Assembly (NCBI RefSeq): GCF_004010195.1
Contig: NC_057719.1
Span: forward strand, 30,894,294-30,958,293
DNA: 64,000 nt
Direction: 5' to 3'
From: Chiloscyllium plagiosum
Lineage: Eukaryota
Shown: one piece after another, positions 61,726-64,000 of the stretch
Position numbering within the stretch: the first letter of the stretch is position 1
How the letters are laid out: each line of letters starts with the position of its first letter
The notes under the pieces: generated by a model
The model's input: the letters and a program-made list of their open reading frames with translations, nothing else
The model's database searches: none
Told to the model about the DNA's origin: nothing
Made by a program: the position numbers and the translations under genes

Positions 61726-63907
61726 CACCCAGTTTCTAGTGGATTTGGTCTATATCTTAAAAGAACCTTTAACCCAAGTTATTGTAGCCACATTTAATTC
61801 TGTAGATATTTTGCTGGTGCAACTTAGAGAGAAAAGTCCATAATTACCGTGTGCAGATTTCATAATCTAATTAAATCAAATTTTGTTTTGAAGAACATGG
61901 CCTATGACGTTCAACCTACTGTATAATAAAAAAACTATATAGCTTGGATTGATGTGGACTTGTTGGGCCACGTGGCCTATTTCCATACTGTATGGAATCT
62001 AATCTTTCTGGTACCAAGGACTAAGAGTGGGGCTGGGTACTGAAGAAGTGGACTAGCTTACAATAGAAAAAAATGAATAAATAACAGCTTTGACATGATC
62101 TTAATTTTATACATCTAAAATCTTTTAAACTTTCTGCATTAAAAGCCCCTAGTATTTTTCAAGATAAAATTATACTTAAATTCCTGTTGCTGTTTTTCTA
62201 CGCTATTTTTCTATGTTATTTTCAATTCAAAAGCAAATGGTGAATATTACACCTCTCTTTGACTTTGTGATTTGGACCATGAGTTTGTAATACAACAGTA
62301 ACTGTTGGGAAGACAATGTTTAAGAACGTTTTAGTAAAATTATGTGTTTATTTCATCATTTTGACTTGATTAAGAAAGTGAGGAATTAAATCATATTCTA
62401 TTTAATTGTATTCAATGTAGAATGCTTCTGTACCGCATGACTCACACAACTTATAACCTATGATCACTTGGGGGTGGGGCAGGAGCTGCTACATTTAGTT
62501 TCATATCACAGAACATGAAGCTGCATCATACTTTCTCTTTTACACTAAGTGTTAAAATGCATCTATATTGTGTACACATTTTATATAATTTTAAGTTCAA
62601 TCAATTGTGTAGGTTTCTGCATTGGTTTTATATTGTATCAAGATTATATGCAAGCATGTAAAAAAATTAATTTTAAAAATGTGTACTCTTTGAACCATCA
62701 ACAACCCCTAGTAAAACCACACTCCTGGTAGATGGTTTCTAAAAACAAGGTAACCGATAAGGTGTTTGATTTAATGAGGAACTCTCACTAATTCAGCAAA
62801 ATTGAGGAGATGAGCTCAGAGTATCCTTCACAGAACAAGACAACACACATCTTCCTATACTGAACTAAGTAATGAAGGTATTGTATAAATTCTATAATCC
62901 TATAGCAGTAAACCATCAAAATAATAGGTACATAACACAAAGAAGATGATTTCATGAATAACTGACACTGTAGGAAATCAATCAGGGGACAGTAGGAAAT
63001 GATTTTACTTAGATGATTACTCCTTTTTTTGGAACTCAGGGGTTAGGCAGACACTACCAAGATTGATGTAAACTGTTCGTGCACTAAAAAGCCAATTAGA
63101 AATCATCCACAACAATAGTGGCTGGTAAGGGCTTTAAACACTTCCTGCGCAAGGAGAAAGCTCTGAGGCAGAAGATTTTCTATCATCAGAATAAGAAATT
63201 TGTACCCAGTCAAACAATATTGCAAAGTGGCATCCCAACTTGGATAGAGTGCAAACTGTTATGTTTATTAAGTATTAATCCTGCTGTACTTGCCTTGATA
63301 AACATCTTAAATTCTGTAAAACATGGGAAAACATATTTTTACCTAAAATGCTCTTGTAACCAGTCAGGATTAGTAAACCTTTAGATTAGTTCCTTCGTAG
63401 TCATTCTTTAATTGTAATTGATTTAGGTTTTACAATTAAAATGAACCCTAAAATTCTTACAATTGAATGGCAGTTATATTATGAGTCATATTCTTGTTTT
63501 TAAATTCTTGAAAATAATCATCTTACACACTTCTACACAGCATCACCATAAACCACTTACCATTTGACTCTATTCTCTTAGAAACAGCTTGGAATGATTT
63601 ATCTTAGCTTTAATACACAAAACTAAAATGTGCCCACCTGCCCATGGGTTCCGGATTTGAATGTCTGCTAATTTTAATATTTTTTAAAGTGCACAACTTT
63701 TAAGTAATTTTCATACAAATAAGGATGTGTCAGTTTATCTGAAATTAAACTGCAGAATGAAGGTCTAACAAAGAGTCATAATGAAACATCAACCAGTATT
63801 TGTTATGACCAACTTGCTGTTTATTTGAAATATTTTGTATTATTTATTAGCACCTTTATATGTATTAACACATTTGATATCAAGCCATTATAAAGAGATG
63901 AATTATG

Positions 63908-64000
63908 GAGTCATTGAGTCATACAGCACATTAGCAGCTTCAGTCAAACTCATCTGCGCCAACTAAACGTCCCAATCCGACTTAGTCCCATTTTCCAACA
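63908..64000 (-). mobile_element. CR1 3' tail, continuing beyond the window
   Basis: gagtcattgagtcatacagcac...tagtcccatttt, as at 59236 and 10212. Confidence 0.7.

Noticed and set aside
60719..63384. Short ORFs in the AT-rich right end as host exons
   Set aside because: No recognisable protein similarity or consistent splice signals

Overview
This is a eukaryotic, repeat-dominated window with no recognisable host exon, so it is intergenic or deep intronic. The repeat set points to a cartilaginous fish, probably a shark (inference from HE1-like SINEs, HER1/CR1 LINEs and pLTR families). Content: (1) many CR1-clade LINE copies, one near full length with an open zinc-finger/coiled-coil/SGNH-esterase ORF1 (57337-58263, -); (2) two decayed Gmr1-like Ty3/Gypsy elements with PR-IN-RT-RH order and tRNA-Pro-type primer sites (21035-28784 -, and 44586-49992 + with both LTRs and a TACT TSD), plus an older protease relic; (3) Penelope-like elements (PLEs) of several families, many reduced to 150-200 bp hairpin insertions with 10-16 bp TSDs and minimal hammerhead ribozyme motifs; (4) an internally deleted RTE element with a terminal direct repeat; (5) Tigger/pogo and Harbinger transposase relics, an L2 relic and HE1-like SINEs; (6) a 429-N gap. 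I see no clearly new protein-coding system. The most notable signals are the PLE hairpins that fold back at the hammerhead motif, the 5'+3'-only RTE carrying a copy of its 3' end at its 5' end, a four-layer nested insertion at 50.1-59.1 kb, a 66-bp perfect TSD, and an unexplained 855-bp insert beside the gap. All family calls come from motif recognition by eye, not database searches, and boundaries of old relics are approximate.
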